From the NCBI GenBank assembly GCA_022865595.1, contig JALHTE010000370.1:2657-66656 (forward strand): a stretch of 64,000 bases of DNA. Direction: 5' to 3'. The notes beneath the pieces were generated by a model, which was given only the letters and a program-made list of their open reading frames with translations, was not told the DNA's origin and did no database searches. A program made the position numbers and the translations under genes. The stretch is from Steroidobacteraceae bacterium (lineage in GTDB: Bacteria > Pseudomonadota > Gammaproteobacteria > Steroidobacterales > Steroidobacteraceae). Positions 40,782 to 49,413 of the stretch are shown here, piece by piece (the stretch's first letter is position 1; every line of letters begins with the position of its first letter).

Positions 40782-41371
40782 TGGCGGTGCCCGGCGGGCT
40801 GCTCGGCGCGCCGACCGACCCGGCGTGGTTCGAGGCTGCTGTCGCGCGCGTGGACGAACTGCTGATCGACCATGCCAACTGCGAGAAGAAGGCTGCCTCG
40901 ACCGCGCTGTCGATCATGTTCGCCTACCCCGAAGACTTCGAGCTGGCCGATCGAATGTCGCGGCTGGCACGCGAGGAACTGCGGCATTTCGAGCTGGTGC
41001 AGCAGAAGATTACGCAGCTCGGCGTCGAGTTCCGGCGACTTTCCCCGTCGCGATACGCGGATGGCCTGCGACGTGCGCTGCGGCGCGCAGAGCCGGGGCG
41101 GTGCGTCGACCTGCTGCTCTGCGGGGCGCTGATCGAGGCGCGTTCGCACGAGCGCTTCGTCGGGCTCGTCGAGCGACTGCCCGCACCGCTGGCGGAGTTT
41201 TATGCATCGCTGGCGGCGGCCGAGTCGCGGCATGCGGGGCTTTACCTGAGGCTGGCCGACAAGCGCGGGACCGACGCGGCGTCGCGGCTTGAGCAGCTGT
41301 CCGAGGTGGAGGCGGAACTCGCGACCTCGCCGGATCCGCAGTTCCGGTTTCATTCGGGGACGCCCGGGTAG
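40781..41371 (+). CDS. miaE: tRNA-(ms2io6A37)-hydroxylase MiaE (diiron)
   Basis: LIDHANCEKKAASTALSIMF...REELRHFE...IEARSHERF...ESRHAG carries the ferritin-like EXXH pairs typical of MiaE. The ATG overlaps the kinase TGA (TGATG). Confidence 0.82.
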   Translation: MAVPGGLLGAPTDPAWFEAAVARVDELLIDHANCEKKAASTALSIMFAYPEDFELADRMSRLAREELRHFELVQQKITQLGVEFRRLSPSRYADGLRRALRRAEPGRCVDLLLCGALIEARSHERFVGLVERLPAPLAEFYASLAAAESRHAGLYLRLADKRGTDAASRLEQLSEVEAELATSPDPQFRFHSGTPG

Positions 41372-41398
41372 CCCAGCGGCGATGGAGCCGCCTGTCGG

Positions 41399-41499
41399 GG
41401 CGGAGGAAGTTCCATGCCGGGGCGTCGCGCGGCATGGACGCCGCGCGCGAGCCCCCAGGGATGGGTTCACGGCGTCCCCGGAATGGAACTTCCTCCGCC
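41399..41499 (-). repeat. Family-1 structured repeat, copy 3 (reverse orientation) between convergent miaE and lpxH
   Basis: The reverse complement of the core reads GGGGACGCCGTGAACCCATCCCTGGGGGCTCGCGCGCGGCGTCCATGCCGCGCGACGCCCC. It is flanked by the perfect 17-nt inverted repeat GGCGGAGGAAGTTCCAT / ATGGAACTTCCTCCGCC. Confidence 0.8.
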
Positions 41500-41524
41500 A
41501 CGGAAGGCGGCAAGCCGCCTTGAG

Positions 41525-42247
41525 TCAGCGCGGCAACGAGCGCAACTGAAACCCGGCCGGCGACCACGCGAGCACGCTGCCCTGCGTGTGCCAGTCACCG
41601 AGCACGATGCGGCGTACTTCGTCGCCGTCCACCACCAGTTCGTGCACCGCGGGGCGGTGGGTGTGGCCGTGGATCATCGTCGATACGCCACTCTCGCGAA
41701 ACGTCTCGGCGACCGCGTGCGCATTGACGTCCATGATCTCAGGCGCGGTATTTCCGGTGTGCATGCGGCTGCCTTCGCGCATCCTCGCAGCCAGCGCGCG
41801 CCGCCGCGCCAGGCTCAAGTGCGCCAGCGTCCACTTTACGATCGGGTTGCGAACGATGCGCCGCAGGCGCTGGTAGCTGGTGTCGTCGGTGCAGAGGAGG
41901 TCGCCGTGCATCAGCAGCACCCGCTCGCCGTGGACTTCGACGATGGTGCCGTCGTCGATCAGCCGGGCGCCGGTCTCGTCGCAGAAGCGCCGGCCGATCA
42001 GGAAGTCCCGATTGCCGTGCATCACGAAGCAGGGCACGCCGGAATCGGTCAGTCGCCTGAGCGCCGTGACGATTTCCCGTGCCGCCGGATCGGGATCGTC
42101 GTCGCCCAGCCACACCTCGAACAGGTCCCCGAGCACGTAGAGCGCGTCGGCGGAGCGCGCCTCTCCGTCCAGGAATGCCACGAACTGCCGCGCGATCCCG
42201 GGTGACTCGGGATCCAGGTGCAGGTCGGAGATGAAGAGTGTGGTCAC
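41525..42247 (-). CDS. lpxH: UDP-2,3-diacylglucosamine diphosphatase
   Basis: From the GTG start, VTTLFISDLHLDPE...YVLGDLFEVWLGDDD...HGNRDFLIG. The protein is 240 aa, like E. coli LpxH. Confidence 0.9.
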   Translation of the reverse strand: MTTLFISDLHLDPESPGIARQFVAFLDGEARSADALYVLGDLFEVWLGDDDPDPAAREIVTALRRLTDSGVPCFVMHGNRDFLIGRRFCDETGARLIDDGTIVEVHGERVLLMHGDLLCTDDTSYQRLRRIVRNPIVKWTLAHLSLARRRALAARMREGSRMHTGNTAPEIMDVNAHAVAETFRESGVSTMIHGHTHRPAVHELVVDGDEVRRIVLGDWHTQGSVLAWSPAGFQLRSLPR

Positions 42248-42344
42248 GTGGCTGGGCGTCTGGCGATGGCGGATGTTACGGCGTTCGGGCGCGCGCGGGC
42301 CAGCGCCGGGGCCGTGGGCCCGCGATCCGGTAAGATGCGCGGCC

Positions 42345-43772
42345 ATGTCGACTGCGACCCATACCACGCGATTCGCGCCGAGCCCGACGGGCAGCCTGCA
42401 CGTCGGAAATGCCAGGACCGCTCTTTTCAACCTGCTTGCCGCTCGGTCGAGCGGCGGGCGCATGGTGCTGCGCGTCGAAGACACCGATGCCGAGCGCAGC
42501 GAGGAGCGTCACCTCGATCGACTGCTGGACGATCTCCGCTGGCTTGGCATCGATTGGGACGAGGGTCCCGGCGTTGGCGGTCCACACGGTCCGTACCGGC
42601 AAAGCGAGCGCGGCGCACTGCATGCCGAGGCGATCGCGCGGTTGCGCGAGGTGGGCCTCGCCTACCCGTGCTTCTGCACGCCAGAGGAATTGTCGCTGTC
42701 GCGCCGCACGCAGGTTGCCAGCGGTCGCCCGCCGCGCTACGCGGGCACCTGTGCCGCGCTCACGGCAGAAGAGGCCAAGGGGCGTGTCGCGGCGGGCAGG
42801 GCCCATGCCATGCGCTTCCGGATCCCGGCGGGACGCGTGATCGAATTCGAGGACCTGGTCCACGGCGCACAGCGTTTCGCGAGCGAGGACATCGGGGATT
42901 TCGTCGTGAGCCGCGCGGACGGATCCGCTGCATTTTTTCTGGGCAATGCCGTGGATGACGCGGCGATGGGTGTCACGCTGGTGTTGCGTGGCGATGACCA
43001 CCTGGCCAACACGCCGCGCCAGATCCTGCTGCTCGAGGCACTCGGTTTGCCGGTGCCGCGTTACGGGCACCTGCCGCTGGTGCTCGGTTCCTCGGGAGCG
43101 CCTCTTTCGAAGCGCGACGGTTCGGCCGGCCTGCACGACCTGCGAGAACAGGGCTACCTGCCGGGCGCGATCAGGAACTACCTGCTGCGTCTCGGCCACA
43201 CCTGCGGCATCGATGCCTGGCTCGAGGCCGACGCGATGCCCGCGCATTTCGACCTGGGCCGCGTCAGCCGCTCGGCGGCTCACTTCGACGAAGCCCAGCT
43301 CAGGCATTGGCAGCGCGAGGCGATAACGAATGCCGGCGTCGCGGAGCTGGTCGAATGGCTAGGCCCGAGGCTGGACGCGATCGCCGATCCGGCGCGCCGG
43401 GCGGAATTCGTCTCGGTCGTGCGCGGTAACCTGCTGTTCCCGGTCGATGCCGAGCCGCTGGTTGCGGTCGCCAATGGCGCGCCCCTGCAGCCGGAGCCCG
43501 CGGCGGAAGCTGCAATCGCCGAGGCCGGCGGCGAATTCTTCGCCAGGGCGCTGGGCGAGTGGATGGCCAATGCGGGAGACTTCAAGGCCTGGACGCGCAC
43601 GGTCGGGTCCGCCACCGGCCGCAAGGGCGCAGCGCTCTATATGCCGCTGCGCTCGGCGCTGACCGGCATGACCCATGGCCCCGAGCTTGCGCCGCTCGCG
43701 GAGCTGATGGGGCGCGATGTCGTCGCCGCAATGCTCGCCGACGCCGCGCGGCGGGCCGGTTCGCAGGCGTGA
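42345..43772 (+). CDS. gltX: Glutamate--tRNA ligase
   Basis: [21 protein letters not shown] (HIGH) and PLSKRDGS (KMSKS-like) are present. The protein is 475 aa. Confidence 0.92.
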   Translation: MSTATHTTRFAPSPTGSLHVGNARTALFNLLAARSSGGRMVLRVEDTDAERSEERHLDRLLDDLRWLGIDWDEGPGVGGPHGPYRQSERGALHAEAIARLREVGLAYPCFCTPEELSLSRRTQVASGRPPRYAGTCAALTAEEAKGRVAAGRAHAMRFRIPAGRVIEFEDLVHGAQRFASEDIGDFVVSRADGSAAFFLGNAVDDAAMGVTLVLRGDDHLANTPRQILLLEALGLPVPRYGHLPLVLGSSGAPLSKRDGSAGLHDLREQGYLPGAIRNYLLRLGHTCGIDAWLEADAMPAHFDLGRVSRSAAHFDEAQLRHWQREAITNAGVAELVEWLGPRLDAIADPARRAEFVSVVRGNLLFPVDAEPLVAVANGAPLQPEPAAEAAIAEAGGEFFARALGEWMANAGDFKAWTRTVGSATGRKGAALYMPLRSALTGMTHGPELAPLAELMGRDVVAAMLADAARRAGSQA

Positions 43773-43800
43773 TGAAACGGGATTCCGGAGACACTGGACG

Positions 43801-45264
43801 ATGCTGCAAATCCACAATTCGCTGACCGGCCGCAAGGAAACGTTCAGGCCGATCGTGCCGGGCGAAGTCCGCATGTACGTCTGCGGCATGACGGTCTACG
43901 ACTATTGCCATCTCGGCCACGCCCGCATGCTGATCGCGTTCGACGTCGCGCGACGGCATCTCGCAGCGTCTGGTTACCGCGTCACCTTCGTGCGCAACAT
44001 CACCGACATCGACGACAAGATCATCCAGCGTGCCGCACAGAACGGCGAGCCGATGGCGGCGCTGACCGAGCGGTTCATCGCTGCCTACCACGAGGACTGC
44101 GAGGCCCTGGGTGTGGCGCGCGCGGACCATGAGCCGCGCGCGACCGAGTACCTGCCGCAGATCATTGCGATGATCGAGACGCTGGTCGAAAAGGGGTATG
44201 CCTACGCTGGCGACAATGGCGACGTGTACTACTCGGTGTCGAGCTTCGCGCCGTACGGGCAGCTCTCCGGCAAGCGGCTCGCGGACCTGAGGGCCGGCGC
44301 GCGCATCGACGTGGATGAGGCCAAGCGCGATCCGCTCGATTTCGTGCTGTGGAAGGCTGCCAAGCCCGGCGAGCCTTCGTGGCAATCGCCCTGGGGGCCG
44401 GGGCGCCCCGGCTGGCATATCGAGTGCTCGGCGATGTCGGTGGACCTGCTGGGGACCCACTTCGACATTCACGGCGGCGGCATGGACCTGAAGTTTCCAC
44501 ACCACGAGAACGAGATTGCGCAGACCTGCGCGGCCTGCGACTCGAAGTTCGTGAACCTGTGGATGCACAACGGCTTCGTGCGCGTGGACGACGAGAAGAT
44601 GTCGAAGTCGCTCGGCAACTTCTTCACCGTGCGCGAGGTGCTCGAGTGGGTACGCGATCCAGAGGTGGTTCGTTTCCTGATGATCTCGAGCCATTATCGC
44701 GGACCGATAAACTATTCGGACGACAGCCTGACACAGGCCGATTCGGCGCTCGAACGGCTCTACCTCGCGCTGCGCGGCGTCGAGCCGGCGGTTGGTGCGC
44801 CCGCGGGCGCAGCGACCGAGCGCTTCGTGGCCGCGATGGACGACGACTTCAATACGCCGGAGGCGATTGCTGAACTGCAGTCGCTGGCACGCACGGTGAA
44901 TACCGCGAAGGCCGCGGGTCGTAGCGCGGAAGCCTCGCTCGCCGCGGCGGAACTTCGCGCGCTCGGGGCACGAATCGGGCTGCTCGGCCAGGATCCGGAA
45001 ACCTTCCTGCGCAAGCGGCCACGCCGTGCGGCCGCGGGGGCTAGCGACGCCGAGCGAGCCGCGACTGTGGAAGGTGTCGAGGCCACGATCGAAGGCGGCG
45101 GCCCGTCGGATTCAGAAATCGAAGACCTGATTGCGCAGCGCGCTGCCGCGCGCAAGGGCAAGGACTTCAAGGAGTCCGATCGCATACGCGACCTGTTGGC
45201 TGCGGCGGGCGTGCTGCTCGAGGACCAGCCCGGCGGCAAGACCCTCTGGCGCCGCGGAAAGTAG
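43801..45264 (+). CDS. cysS: Cysteine--tRNA ligase
   Basis: [18 protein letters not shown] (HIGH) and KMSKSLGN are present. Confidence 0.95.
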   Translation: MLQIHNSLTGRKETFRPIVPGEVRMYVCGMTVYDYCHLGHARMLIAFDVARRHLAASGYRVTFVRNITDIDDKIIQRAAQNGEPMAALTERFIAAYHEDCEALGVARADHEPRATEYLPQIIAMIETLVEKGYAYAGDNGDVYYSVSSFAPYGQLSGKRLADLRAGARIDVDEAKRDPLDFVLWKAAKPGEPSWQSPWGPGRPGWHIECSAMSVDLLGTHFDIHGGGMDLKFPHHENEIAQTCAACDSKFVNLWMHNGFVRVDDEKMSKSLGNFFTVREVLEWVRDPEVVRFLMISSHYRGPINYSDDSLTQADSALERLYLALRGVEPAVGAPAGAATERFVAAMDDDFNTPEAIAELQSLARTVNTAKAAGRSAEASLAAAELRALGARIGLLGQDPETFLRKRPRRAAAGASDAERAATVEGVEATIEGGGPSDSEIEDLIAQRAAARKGKDFKESDRIRDLLAAAGVLLEDQPGGKTLWRRGK

Positions 45265-45271
45265 TTGCAAG

Positions 45272-45326
45272 GAAAATAGGTGCCAGGCACCGAATTTCAG
45301 AAATTCGGTGCCTGGCACCTATTTTC
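45272..45326. terminator. 55-nt perfect palindrome; probable bidirectional terminator between convergent cysS and folD (family-2 hairpin repeat)
   Basis: GAAAATAGGTGCCAGGCACCGAATTTC-A-GAAATTCGGTGCCTGGCACCTATTTTC. Each arm also contains the sub-palindrome GGTGCCWGGCACC. Confidence 0.7.
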
Positions 45327-45334
45327 GCTGTCCC

Positions 45335-46186
45335 CTAAAGGCGTTGCAGCGCTGATTCGAGCGTGTTCTTCATCAGGATCGCGACGGTCATCGGGCCGAC
45401 GCCGCCCGGCACCGGTGTGATCCAGCCGGCGCGCTCCCGCGCCGCTTCGAAGTCGACGTCGCCCACGAGCTTGCCGTTCGGCAGGCGATTGATGCCGACG
45501 TCGACGACGATCGCCCCGGGCTTCACCCACTCGCCTGGCAGGATCCCCGGCTTGCCGACCGCCACTACCAGAAGGTCCGCGCGCTCCACGTGATCGCGAA
45601 GGTTCGGCGTGAAGCGGTGGCAGACGGTGACCGTCGCGCCGTCGAGCAGCAGTTCCAGTGCCATCGGGCGACCGACCAGGTTCGAGGCACCGACCACGAC
45701 CGCGTGCAGGCCCTTGGTCGAAAGCCCGCAGCGGTCGAGCATCCTGACGACGCCGTACGGTGTGCAGGGCCGCATCAGCGGGTTGCGCAGCGCAAGCCGC
45801 CCCACGTTGTAGGGATGGAATCCGTCCACGTCCTTGTCCGGCGCGATGGCCTCGATTACGGCGTGCTCGTCGATGTGGTCGGGCAGCGGTACCTGCACGA
45901 GGATGCCGTCGATCGACGGGTCGGAGTTCAGCCGATGGATCAGGGTCAGCAGTTCCGTCTGCGTGGCGGAGTGCGGCAGGTCGTGGCTAACCGACACGAA
46001 GCCGCATTCATCGCAGGCTGCGCGCTTATTGCGTACGTAGACGTGCGAGGCTGGGTCGTCGCCCACCAGCACCACTGCGAGACCGGGCCGGCGCTTGCCG
46101 GACGCTGCGAGCCGGTCGCTTTCCGCGCGGACCTCGCGACGGATGTCCGCTGCGATGGCCTTGCCGTCGATGATTTTGCCAGCCAT
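45335..46186 (-). CDS. folD: Bifunctional methylenetetrahydrofolate dehydrogenase / methenyltetrahydrofolate cyclohydrolase
   Basis: [19 protein letters not shown]...[17 protein letters not shown]... The protein is 283 aa. The upstream extension of the 401-aa ORF runs antisense through the tRNA genes and is an artefact. Confidence 0.95.
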   Translation of the reverse strand: MAGKIIDGKAIAADIRREVRAESDRLAASGKRRPGLAVVLVGDDPASHVYVRNKRAACDECGFVSVSHDLPHSATQTELLTLIHRLNSDPSIDGILVQVPLPDHIDEHAVIEAIAPDKDVDGFHPYNVGRLALRNPLMRPCTPYGVVRMLDRCGLSTKGLHAVVVGASNLVGRPMALELLLDGATVTVCHRFTPNLRDHVERADLLVVAVGKPGILPGEWVKPGAIVVDVGINRLPNGKLVGDVDFEAARERAGWITPVPGGVGPMTVAILMKNTLESALQRL

Positions 46187-46263
46187 TCGCCTGGTTCCTC
46201 GCTGCCGGGGCGCGCATTCTGGCATGACGCTGGAGCGGGCCACGAGACTCGGTGTTCGCGAAA

Positions 46264-46292
46264 TTGACGCTCGGGGTCGTCGTCCGTATGAT
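46264..46292 (+). promoter_or_regulatory. Candidate promoter of the tRNA cluster: TTGACG-17-TATGAT followed by a GC-rich discriminator
   Basis: The hexamers lie at 46264-46269 and 46287-46292. TCGCGCTCC follows them, as in stable-RNA promoters. The site is about 70 nt upstream of tRNA-Pro. Confidence 0.45.
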
Positions 46293-46362
46293 TCGCGCTC
46301 CCGTGAAGGCACGATCCGGCGGTGGATCGGGCTCAGGCGGCGACCACGAGTCGGTGCAGGGG

Positions 46363-46439
46363 CGGGGCATGGCGCAGTCTGGTAGCGCATCTGCTTTGGG
46401 AGCAGAGGGTCGGGGGTTCGAATCCCTCTGCCCCGACCA
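46363..46439 (+). tRNA. tRNA-Pro (anticodon TGG)
   Basis: Acceptor CGGGGCA/TGCCCCG, anticodon arm TCTGC-TTTGGGA-GCAGA, T-loop GGTTCGAATCC, encoded CCA. Confidence 0.95.
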
Positions 46440-46462
46440 TCCGGACCGCGGCCTCGGACGAT

Positions 46463-46539
46463 GCGCCCGTAGCTCAGCTGGATAGAGCATCGGCCTTCTA
46501 AGCCGAGGGTCGCAGGTTCGAGTCCTGCCGGGCGCGCCA
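46463..46539 (+). tRNA. tRNA-Arg (anticodon TCT)
   Basis: Acceptor GCGCCCG/CGGGCGC, anticodon arm TCGGC-CTTCTAA-GCCGA, encoded CCA. Confidence 0.95.
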
Positions 46540-46565
46540 CGCTTGGGGAAATTCCGCTGGACGAT

Positions 46566-46642
46566 GGTGGACGTAGCTCAGTTGGCAGAGCTCCGGGTTG
46601 TGGTCCCGGCGGTCGTGGGTTCGAGCCCCATCGTCCACCCCA
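46566..46642 (+). tRNA. tRNA-His (anticodon GTG)
   Basis: An extra 5' G(-1) is present. Acceptor GTGGACG/CGTCCAC, anticodon arm CCGGG-TTGTGGT-CCCGG, encoded CCA. Confidence 0.95.
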
Positions 46643-46654
46643 GGTTTTCAGGTT

Positions 46655-46730
46655 GGGCCGTTAGCTCAGTTGGTAGAGCTGCTGACTCTTAATCAGTAGG
46701 TCGTAGGTTCGAGTCCTACACGGCCCACCA
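46655..46730 (+). tRNA. tRNA-Lys (anticodon CTT)
   Basis: Acceptor GGGCCGT/ACGGCCC, anticodon loop CTCTTAA, T-loop GGTTCGAGTCC, encoded CCA. Confidence 0.93.
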
Positions 46731-46735
46731 ACTTC

Positions 46736-47866
46736 TCACTCCTGCATGCCGTGATAGAGCATCCGGATGAAGAGCCGGATCCCGTCACTTTCCTTCAACT
46801 CCTGGTAACGCATTCCCGAGCGACCGCCGATGTCGCGGATGTCGGCCATCAGTTCCGGATGGAACTGGCAGGTGAACGACCGGCGGATGCGTCGCGTCTC
46901 CCAGTCCTTGTAGTAGATGGAGGTTGCACTGACTTCCGTCCACGTCGCTGGATCGACGCGGGTCTGCGCGAGGATTTCAACCGCGTACGGGAGACTCAAC
47001 AGCCACGCGACAGGGCTCACCGCCAGCGCGTGGCGCACCGGGATGATCGCGTCATGGAGGTGCTTGTAGGCCCAGTTGGCGAACAGGATCGCTTCCTCGT
47101 TTGCTTCGTCGCTGTGGAACATCTCGACCGTGAGCTCGCGCTCGATGGACATCACGACATCGATCACGCCCTCGAGCTCGTCGGCGACCAGCGCGTGCGC
47201 CTCGTGCATTTCCTCTGGAACGTGGGGCTGTTCTTCGCGCCGGCAGTAGGGCACCAGGCCGCGCGTGCCGACCTCGAGGCTTTCGTTCGGGGCAACCGCG
47301 AACCGCGGGTGATCCCATCCGGTCGCCACGATCTCTCCGCGCTTCATGATCCGCAGCGACTCACCGACGGATTCGATCCTTCGGCACAGGCGCTGCAGGG
47401 ACTCCAGCGTGCGGCCGAGCGGGTCCATGGGCAATTTCGTGAGCGACTGTATCTCGCGCACGGCCCGCTTGATGAGGCGGATGTGCGACGCGGCAGCCAG
47501 CTGGTGACCGAGGCAGATGAAGAGCGTGGGGCCACTCGCGGTGGAGCGGCGCAGCAGCAGCTGGTCCACCAGTCGCAGCAGGTCGTCGAGTCCTGCCTTG
47601 CCGCCCTCGAAGCTCTGCGCATCGTGCACGGACGGGTTTCCGCCCCGCACGACGGTCGCGATACCGGCGCTCAGCACATTCGCCAGCCGCTCGGTGTCCC
47701 CGATACCGCTACGCCAGACCGGGTAGAGGATCGTGTCGGCGTCTGCGATCTGCTGCAACACGTAGGCGACGTTCTTCGAAGCTCGAACGGGCTCGCCGCG
47801 CGTGTTGACACCGACGTCACGCCACGGCTCGATGATCGAAACGCTCTGGCGATAGAGCTCTGGCAT
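46736..47866 (-). CDS. Atypical class-I glutamine-amidotransferase-like protein, C-terminal 376-codon ORF (see in-frame upstream ORF 47930..48154)
   Basis: A nucleophile-elbow-like motif (TLFICLGHQLAAA) and a His-Glu motif (CQFHPE) are about 215 residues apart. The stop codon lies 5 nt from the tRNA-Lys 3' end. Confidence 0.6.
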   Translation of the reverse strand: MPELYRQSVSIIEPWRDVGVNTRGEPVRASKNVAYVLQQIADADTILYPVWRSGIGDTERLANVLSAGIATVVRGGNPSVHDAQSFEGGKAGLDDLLRLVDQLLLRRSTASGPTLFICLGHQLAAASHIRLIKRAVREIQSLTKLPMDPLGRTLESLQRLCRRIESVGESLRIMKRGEIVATGWDHPRFAVAPNESLEVGTRGLVPYCRREEQPHVPEEMHEAHALVADELEGVIDVVMSIERELTVEMFHSDEANEEAILFANWAYKHLHDAIIPVRHALAVSPVAWLLSLPYAVEILAQTRVDPATWTEVSATSIYYKDWETRRIRRSFTCQFHPELMADIRDIGGRSGMRYQELKESDGIRLFIRMLYHGMQE

Positions 47867-47929
47867 CTGAAGAAGGAAGCCGAGGTACTCCGGGCTCTCG
47901 ATGACCTTCTCCAGCGGCGGGGTAAGGCC

Positions 47930-48154
47930 CTAGTCGAAGAGTCCCTCGCGGGCGAGCATGTCCCGGCCGGGAAACGGTGTCGGTGAGTTCCGGTCGCGGA
48001 GAAAGTACCCGAGGAGCGCGTGAACGGACTGCGGGCTCGAGGCGTGCTGGCCCAGGATTCCCGGGCGCGGCCGCCAGCCGAGGTGTTCGATGGAGATGCG
48101 CTTGGGCACGTATACGCTGGTCATCACGGCCAACTCGAGCAAGAGGCGTGCCAT
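47930..48154 (-). CDS. 74-codon ORF in frame with, and separated by one TAG plus 21 sense codons from, the amidotransferase-like ORF; probable N-terminal part of the same gene
   Basis: The TAG at 47930-47932 (minus strand) is followed in frame by GLTPPLEKVIESPEYLGFLLQ and then the ATG at 47866. The segment ISIEHLGWRPRPGILG weakly resembles the first strand/loop of GATase1 domains. Confidence 0.45.
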   Translation of the reverse strand: MARLLLELAVMTSVYVPKRISIEHLGWRPRPGILGQHASSPQSVHALLGYFLRDRNSPTPFPGRDMLAREGLFD

Positions 48155-48425
48155 CTGTGCGTGGGCATCGGCATGGCGGTTATTCAGAAACTTATGCGGT
48201 CTTCTGCATCTCGCTGGTCACCGCCTGCACCCGGACGGGGCAGGCTCATCGATCGGCTTGCTCGATAGCGGTGCAGAACGTCGGCAAGTCGAGGTCTCGC
48301 GAGTTGTCCGCCGTCTTAGGTAGCTTCCCGACTGGTCGCAAAACCCTGCTGATGTGACGATCGGCTCGAGGCCGGGCCGTTGGTGCCTGGTTGGCGGCTG
48401 CAGCGAATCTGCCCAGGAGATCGCG

Positions 48426-49361
48426 ATGGCAACCAGGAAGTCTGTTAGGACCGTGCTCGCGGCAGTTGCCGATCCGGCGGCGAGCGGGCAGATCGCGGCA
48501 CGCAAGGCGGTCGAATTCGCCTGGCTGTTCGGCGCAGACGTGGTGCTCTACCACGCGTGTTACGAGTCCTCGCTGTCCGGCGGAGTTCTTTTCGACTCTG
48601 CACATCTCGCTGCAGCACGCCGCGACCATGTCGCCCGCGCCGCACGCGCGCTCAAGGAAATGGCAGGCTCACTCGGCGGTCCGGAGTCGCAGGTCCGGGT
48701 CCGTACTGAGTGGACGCGAGCCATTCCCGAGGCCGTCGCCCGTGCTGCGATTCGTGAAGGAGCGGACATCGTGGTGGCGGAACCGCGCTTCCGATCGTCG
48801 CGCACGCATCGCGGACTGTCGCGCATCGACTGGGAGGTTGCCCGCCTGTGCCCGGTGCCCCTGTTGCTGGCCCGCAGTTCGGCACCTTATTCGAAACCCC
48901 GGCTCCTGGCCGCGGTAGATCCAGGCGCACACGGGCTGCGAGTCTCGGCGCTCGACGCCGGCATCGTCGGCATGGCATCCGCGGTCGCGGCCGCCACCGA
49001 TGGCAGCGTGCGACTCATCCACTGCATGCCCGAAACCAGCCTGGCACTCGCCGTCCGGCCCGCGGTGATGCGCCGAGAGCAGCAGCGCGTCAAGACCATG
49101 GTGCGGCACCTGGCGCGGGAAGCGGGGATCGCGGCGAAGGAAGTCATGATCGTGCCTGGAAACCCGGTCGAGGAATTGATCGACGCCGTGGCAACGGAGG
49201 ACGCCGATATCCTGGTAATGGGCACCAACGTGCGGGGCCCGTTGCAGCAGCTGTTGATCGGCAGCACGACCGAGCAACTGATGCACGTTGCGCCGTGCGA
49301 CATGCTGCTGGTCAAGCCGAACAGCTTTCGGCTGGCTTCCAGCCGCGGGTCGCGGAAATGA
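48426..49361 (+). CDS. Tandem universal stress protein (UspE-like, two Usp domains)
   Basis: Two Usp-like halves are present. The second carries ADILVMGTNVRGPLQQLLIGSTTEQLMHVAPCDMLLVK. An AGGAGA RBS precedes the ATG at 48426. Confidence 0.82.
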   Translation: MATRKSVRTVLAAVADPAASGQIAARKAVEFAWLFGADVVLYHACYESSLSGGVLFDSAHLAAARRDHVARAARALKEMAGSLGGPESQVRVRTEWTRAIPEAVARAAIREGADIVVAEPRFRSSRTHRGLSRIDWEVARLCPVPLLLARSSAPYSKPRLLAAVDPGAHGLRVSALDAGIVGMASAVAAATDGSVRLIHCMPETSLALAVRPAVMRREQQRVKTMVRHLAREAGIAAKEVMIVPGNPVEELIDAVATEDADILVMGTNVRGPLQQLLIGSTTEQLMHVAPCDMLLVKPNSFRLASSRGSRK

Positions 49362-49413
49362 AGACCGGTACCGGATGACGCGAAAATGAAGAACGGGCCA
49401 TCGGCAGCAGAAA

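Noticed and set aside
41504-41521. The hairpin AAGGCGGCAAGCCGCCTT next to the lpxH stop, considered as an intrinsic terminator.
   Set aside because: There is no U-run on either strand and the loop is very small. It may simply be part of the adjacent family-1 repeat context.
45335-46540. A 401-aa ORF extending folD upstream through 46540.
   Set aside because: The extension runs antisense across tRNA-Pro and tRNA-Arg. FolD homology begins at MAGKIIDGK (start 46186), giving the expected 283 aa.
46363-46730. An amber-suppressor tRNA or TAG reassignment as the explanation for the in-frame TAG codons.
   Set aside because: None of the seven tRNAs in the window has a CUA anticodon; they are TGG, TCT, GTG, CTT, TAG, TAC and GTC. 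TAG also terminates several normal genes here (ispA, xseB, folE2 and the 7351 kinase). A suppressor elsewhere in the genome cannot be excluded from this window.
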